Assembly (NCBI RefSeq): GCF_009914755.1
Contig: NC_060925.1
DNA from: the human T2T-CHM13v2.0 reference genome, Homo sapiens
Direction: 5' to 3' (one strand)
Length of the DNA stretch: 64,000 bases
Below the pieces are notes generated by a model. The model was given only the letters and a program-made list of their open reading frames with translations. It was not told where the DNA came from and did no database searches. This document shows positions 53,780 to 64,000 of this stretch, in pieces. The position numbers and the translations under genes were made by a program. The first letter of the stretch is position 1. Each line of letters begins with the position of its first letter.

Positions 53780-54930
53780 ACCCGACTGGAACACGCTTTG
53801 CACCTATGCGCACACGTGTTTCGCGGAGAGTGGTGCTCAGCGTTGTGCCAGGCGCTGAATCAGGCTCTGGGGTGCAGCAGTGACCTCGGTGGTCATGTCC
53901 CCGCGTCGCCCGGCCACCTCCGCAGAGCAAGCTGAGCAGGGGGCTGGCTGGAGGCCGACGGCGGAATCCCCTCAACGGAGCGCCGCCAGGGGGCGCGCGA
54001 GGCAGGGCGGAGCTGCGTACTTTGTCCGCCCGCGCGGCCCGTCGCTCGCGCCGCGGCGGGAAAATCCGACCTGGCCGCGCACCACCGCCCCTTCTCGGCC
54101 CTCCTGCGTTTGCCCAGGGTCGGCCCGCAGTGATGGAGGAGGAGGCGGAGACCGAGGAGCAGCAGCGATTCTCTTACCAACAGGTACAGGAAAACGGGGG
54201 TCGGGCTGGGCTGGGGCAGGACGGCGTCGAGTTTCTGGACAGAAAAGTACCCGGCAGCCCCCGGCGGCTTCTCATCGGCACCCCGCCCCCGGGCGCCCCC
54301 CGCGGCTGCGCATGCGTTGGCTTAACTGCCGCGGGTGGTGCTGGGAGGCGGTTTCCGCGGCAACGCGGCTGGACCCTGGCCTGCGCTGGCTGGGGAGGAA
54401 GCGGTTCTAGGGGAGCGTGCGGGCGCCGGGGTCCGGCGGCGAGAGGCCACCTTCTGGCCTTGCGATGAATCCTCGGTTTCCCCTTCTCAGATGGGGTTTT
54501 CGTGAGGGTACAACGTCGGCATTAGACATTCCAGGTGACGCCCGTACGCGGTGGGCGGTTCGGGCCGGAGCTCTGGAACGCTGGCCCTGGAGGCGTCGAC
54601 CCCTCGTTACTGATGCAGGGACGCGGTGCGGACCAGTCAGGCCCAGAGCTCGTCCTTAGATGTGGGTTCGAATCTCTGCCCCGCCAACTTGTGATCGTAT
54701 CGACTCGGCCCAGACGCAATTTTCTTCTCTGCAAAATCGTCATAAGAATAATCACTTGTCAGGGTAGCTGCGGGCATCCCATTCGTTCCTTTCATCAGCG
54801 CCGGGCATATGGGGCGTCAGAGGCTGAGAACGTTGCCGTGAAGAGGCTTAAAAGCAAGACCCGGAGTGGCGACCTTAAAGAGGACGGACTGAAGAAACGC
54901 GGGAATGAGCTCCAGACGCGGGAGTTTCCT
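53780..54930. promoter_or_regulatory. CENPS: CENPS CpG-island promoter with E-box, E2F, CTCF and NRF1 motifs
   Basis: CACGTG 53813-53818; TTTCGCGG 53819-53826; CCGCCAGGGGGCGC 53983-53996; GGCGGGAAA 54055-54063; TGCGCATGCG 54307-54316. Confidence 0.82.
54133..54183 (+). CDS. CENPS: Centromere protein S (APITD1/MHF1), exon 1 coding part
   Basis: MEEEAETEEQQRFSYQQ|gtacag. Confidence 0.95.
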
Positions 54931-55188
54931 CTCTACAAAGTTACACTGCAGCAGCTGTCTACCCTGCCCCTTGTCTTTTGAGAAGTTCAAACCTTCAGAA
55001 AAGTTGCAAGAACACGGTACAGAATGCCCAGATGCCCGTCACCTTGATTCACCACTAGTTAGCATTTTGCTCTGTTTGCTCCCATGCTTCCCTCCCAGCC
55101 CCGCGATTGGAGAATTAATTGCAGATATTTTGACACTTCGCCTTTACATTTTAATTCTTTAGTACACATCTCCCAAAAACAAGGCATT

Positions 55189-56473
<1,285 letters not shown>

Positions 56474-57456
56474 ATCTTCGTGCCTCCCAGGTTGATGCCT
56501 CTTTGGCTTCTCCTACCAGAGGCCTCAGCTTACCTAGTCTTGTGAGGTCTGAAATTCAGGAAAGTAGATGCCCTCCTCATCTGTCTGGCCTCTATCCTGA
56601 GTTCCTGGACTTGGGTTTTGGCAGTTCCTCCTCCTCTTGCCTATGCGTTGAACACTTGCTGGTAGATTTTATGCCCTTGTGGGTTCAGCTGTCATCACGT
56701 GCAGCTCAGCTGTGTCTTCGGCCCCGAGGCGGAGTACCCACAGGTGGGCTCAACAGAACTCTGTCGACACGTGGCTGAGACCATTGCTTAGCTTGTCTTG
56801 CAATTGAGGCTCATCCTCCCCTCTCGGTAATTTTCTGCAAGGGGTGGAGAGATCTTTTTCAGTATTGAAAAGGTTTGCCAAGGAGCAGTGAGGGCCCCGT
56901 GGAGGTGGCCTCCCAACCCTCCAAATCGAGAGGGGTGGGTGTGCCCTCTTGAGCCTTTCCCGTGTTGTACTTCTGTCCTCTGTGACGTGCAGGCCTGGGG
57001 CTGCCAGGGGCTTGCAGCAGAGGGATGGGATCCTTCTGTATTGTTGATTAACTGCCTTAAGGGCAAAGTTCCCTGCCCGGTTTTTCATTGTTTCCCAAAC
57101 ACCTAGCATATGCCCTTACTGAGTTGGAGCTCTGCAGATAGTTTGGAATAAGTGAGTGAAACCACTCAGGGCCTTGGCAGGCATCAGTCTGACCTGTCTC
57201 CCCACTGACTTGCCATCTAATTTCTTATCTTTACCTGACATAAATCATAACCATTAACAAGGAAGTAATGTTTCCACAAGTCGCACTCCAGTGGGTCTCA
57301 TTAACTTATTAGTACACTTGAAAAGCCACTCAGCCATTATGGAAAGCGCCAGAGGGATTGGGCTGAGCAGACCCTCTCCTTGGTCTTCATTTTTTAAGGC
57401 GTGAAAAGCTCTTATTTGCAGCCTTACCCGTGAAATATTTTGATGTTTTTCCCCAG

Positions 57457-57580
57457 AGGCTAAAGGCAGCAGTTCACTATACTGTGGGTTGTCTTTGCGA
57501 GGAAGTTGCATTGGACAAAGAGATGCAGTTCAGCAAACAGACCATTGCGGCCATTTCGGAGCTGACTTTCCGACAGTGTG
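57457..57580 (+). CDS. CENPS: CENPS exon 2
   Basis: RLKAAVHYTVGCLCEEVALDKEMQFSKQTIAAISELTFRQC(E); histone-fold. Confidence 0.96.
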
Positions 57581-58271
57581 GTATGAAGCTTCGGCCTCCC
57601 CAGCCATGTCTGTAAACCCCAAAGGTTGATTTCACCTGGGAGCAGTGCGTGGGTGGGAGCTGTGGCGAGTCTGACCAGCAGACCAAGAATATTATCATCC
57701 TCATGCGTTCTTCGTGAAACACTTCTCTTCTTGGCTGTGAGATGTGGATATTTTATGGGAAGAACTATTTTTTTCCTATTACACTAACACTGGGGCATTA
57801 ACGCCTTTATTTTATTGTTTTAAACTGCCCTGATGGCTAGAACATTAGACATTAAATTCTTTATTTCAGTGCTTTATAACGTTTTTATATCACCCATAGT
57901 TTCTTTGACAGCTGAGCTTGTAGCATTGGTATTTGCTTGACTTCAGAGGGGAAATGAAAGACCTCACAAGCCTTAACTGTAGCAGAAGTTAAAGGATAGT
58001 TTCTAGAAACCAAAGGCATAGTCACAATTAACGGAAGACTTGCCATGAAGGGTGAAGGGCTCTGGGAAGGACAAGGAGATCGTCATGAATAAAAAGCTAC
58101 AGGCTCTTATGGAATGGTGGGGCTGCTGGAAATGCCTCCTTTCACCTTTAAGAGGGTTTGTTATATTAGTCAAGTCACTGTACTGGCTGTAGAAATCAAG
58201 GCTTCACTTTTTCTGCTTCTGAAATTAGATGGGAGGGTGCCTAAAGTGTGTATCTTTTTTTTCTCTTTCAG

Positions 58272-58305
58272 AAAATTTTGCCAAAGACCTTGAAATGTTT
58301 GCAAG
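58272..58305 (+). CDS. CENPS: CENPS exon 3
   Basis: (E)NFAKDLEMFA(R); tttcag|...|gtgggt. Confidence 0.95.
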
Positions 58306-59317
58306 GTGGGTAGAGAACTTGATTATCCGACACTGCGTCTGTGTAGCTTTTTGGGGCCTCTCCATCTGGTGGGTTATTTCAGGAGAGCTTTAGCTATTCA
58401 GTTTTCCGTGTGTTTTGTGGAGGCTTGTCTCTAATCATGGTTCTGCAAGAACATGACGCCTCCTTCAATCACGGTGATTCACACTTATTTGAACATTTTT
58501 TGAAGTTTTCCAAGTATTTTTTGTTAAAGAACCCAAGTTATTCAGTCCCAAGTGAAAAAGGTGTGAATACCATCTCCAGGACCCTGAATGCTGGTGCCTG
58601 TATTAAAAACCATGTCTTCGGGTGGTTTGATTGCTCAGGGTTTGAGAACATGGTGCCTGGGGGTGGCCGCCCCTCTGCGGAGGGAGCTGCAGCGTGTCCA
58701 CGGTGGTAATTGCTTGCAGGTGTACACAGAATGGCAGGCAGGGGTTTTCATTTGCCGCATTTGTTCCGAGTAAGACGCACTCCTTGGAAAGTGGGTGACT
58801 TGCTTTCAGCTGCTAAAGCCTCAGCTTTTACAGGTGATTTATGCTCCGCTCTTCAATTAGTACCGCAGGTAATTGAAAACAATTGCACCAAATTGCTTTT
58901 ATGAAGCAATTTGAATGACGAAGGCCTGAAAGGGCGAAAGTGTTCTAATTTGCTGCCACTTGGATTCGGTGCCAGCCTCTCCCACACCCCTTACTTTTCA
59001 CCTTGTTCCCGTTAGCTCTTTGTTTCTCGGGTGCGTGTTTTGAATGAATTAAAGCAGTGGGTTCTCGGAGGGCAAGCTCTCAATCTGTCCTATTCCTGTG
59101 GATATTCGTCCCTGAAAACCGCTTAGCATCTTCAGCTTGGCCAAAAGGGATAAGGTAGTAGGAAGGGATACCGATAGCTCATGTGGCTTAGTCATTGCTG
59201 ATTCAGGCAGATGCCCCTTATGTGTGGCCCTCCTCCCCGGTGAAAGATATTAATACCTTTACTTGTTATTTATTAGCTGTGGGAAAAAAAAATGAAAAAT
59301 TTAAATACTTAAAAATA

Positions 59318-59352
<35 letters not shown>

Positions 59353-59372
59353 TATACATAAATATTTATATT

Positions 59373-63375
<4,003 letters not shown>

Positions 63376-63961
63376 AGGATGTTCTTTGTTCTACCTGGGT
63401 TATTGCGGAGGGAATGCATTAACTACTTGTTGGGAATGGGGCCTTAGGAGGTGCCTGCATATGCTTTTTCCTGTTAAGTTAGCCCTTGGAGAACATCAGG
63501 ATCTTGACCTAAGTAAAGCCATCCTTTGTGGAGGTTCTCTTTGTTCTTCTATTTAATGTCTATTTAAGCAGGTGCCCTCTGTATCATGAGGCCCATTTTC
63601 TCTGCACTAGAGTTGTACACTGACCTTCTTGATTTTTCTGTGGCCTTAGCTGTGGCCAAGCAAGCCAGGTTTGGAAGGGCGCTAAGCCCCCAGCCTCCTG
63701 TCTGTGCTCTTATGCTTCGGGTACCCTTGGCCCTAAGCGGAGGTGGAGAGATGGGCCTCCGCATTCTCCATCTCTTTACTTAATTGGGGTCTTAGGAACT
63801 TCACTAATTTTTGTGTCACTTTTGCTTAATGCCCTTTATCTAAAAGGATGGGCTACTTAGAGATCCCTGCTAGTTTGAAGTCTGACCGTGAACTTCTGTG
63901 TTTCATCAAAACTTTAAATAATACCAAACATTTTGGTGACTTGCTTCTGCCCTTTCTGCAG

Positions 63962-64000
63962 ACATGCGAAAAGAACCACAATTAACACTGAAGATGTGAA
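63962..64000 (+). CDS. CENPS: CENPS exon 4 (truncated by the window end)
   Basis: ctgcag|A CAT GCG AAA AGA ACC ACA ATT AAC ACT GAA GAT GTG = (R)HAKRTTINTEDV; histone-fold HAKRxT motif. Confidence 0.95.

Noticed and set aside
53880-54468. 176-aa and 148-aa ORFs at the CENPS start
   Set aside because: CpG-island read-through; only 54133-54183 is true coding sequence, ending at the gtacag donor.

Overview
Human (primate) genomic DNA, recognisable as chr1p36.22. The window holds three + strand genes. (1) The last coding exon and ~5 kb 3' UTR of KIF1B (beta isoform, C-terminus RSKLSRRCPSQSKY*). (2) The complete 13-exon PGD gene (6-phosphogluconate dehydrogenase): exons sum to 1452 nt = 483 aa + stop, and intron 6 has a GC donor. 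(3) Exons 1-3 and the start of exon 4 of CENPS (APITD1/MHF1). The rest is very Alu-dense, with old L1/L2/MIR/MER/MLT fragments, and nearly all ORFs in the supplied track are Alu/LTR/CpG-island artefacts. I found no new protein-coding gene. The most unusual structure is a three-level nested insertion between PGD and CENPS (Alu > HERV-K LTR5 > ERV9 LTR12C, both LTR TSDs intact), which places two LTR promoters back to back. Also notable: a solo HERV-H LTR7 and an Alu inserted at PGD branch-point regions, an inverted Alu pair closely bracketing PGD exon 11, a candidate distal NRF2 ARE, and a piggyBac MER75 remnant. Exon boundaries were read base by base. Repeat family calls are from recalled consensus sequences and Alu-cluster edges are approximate.
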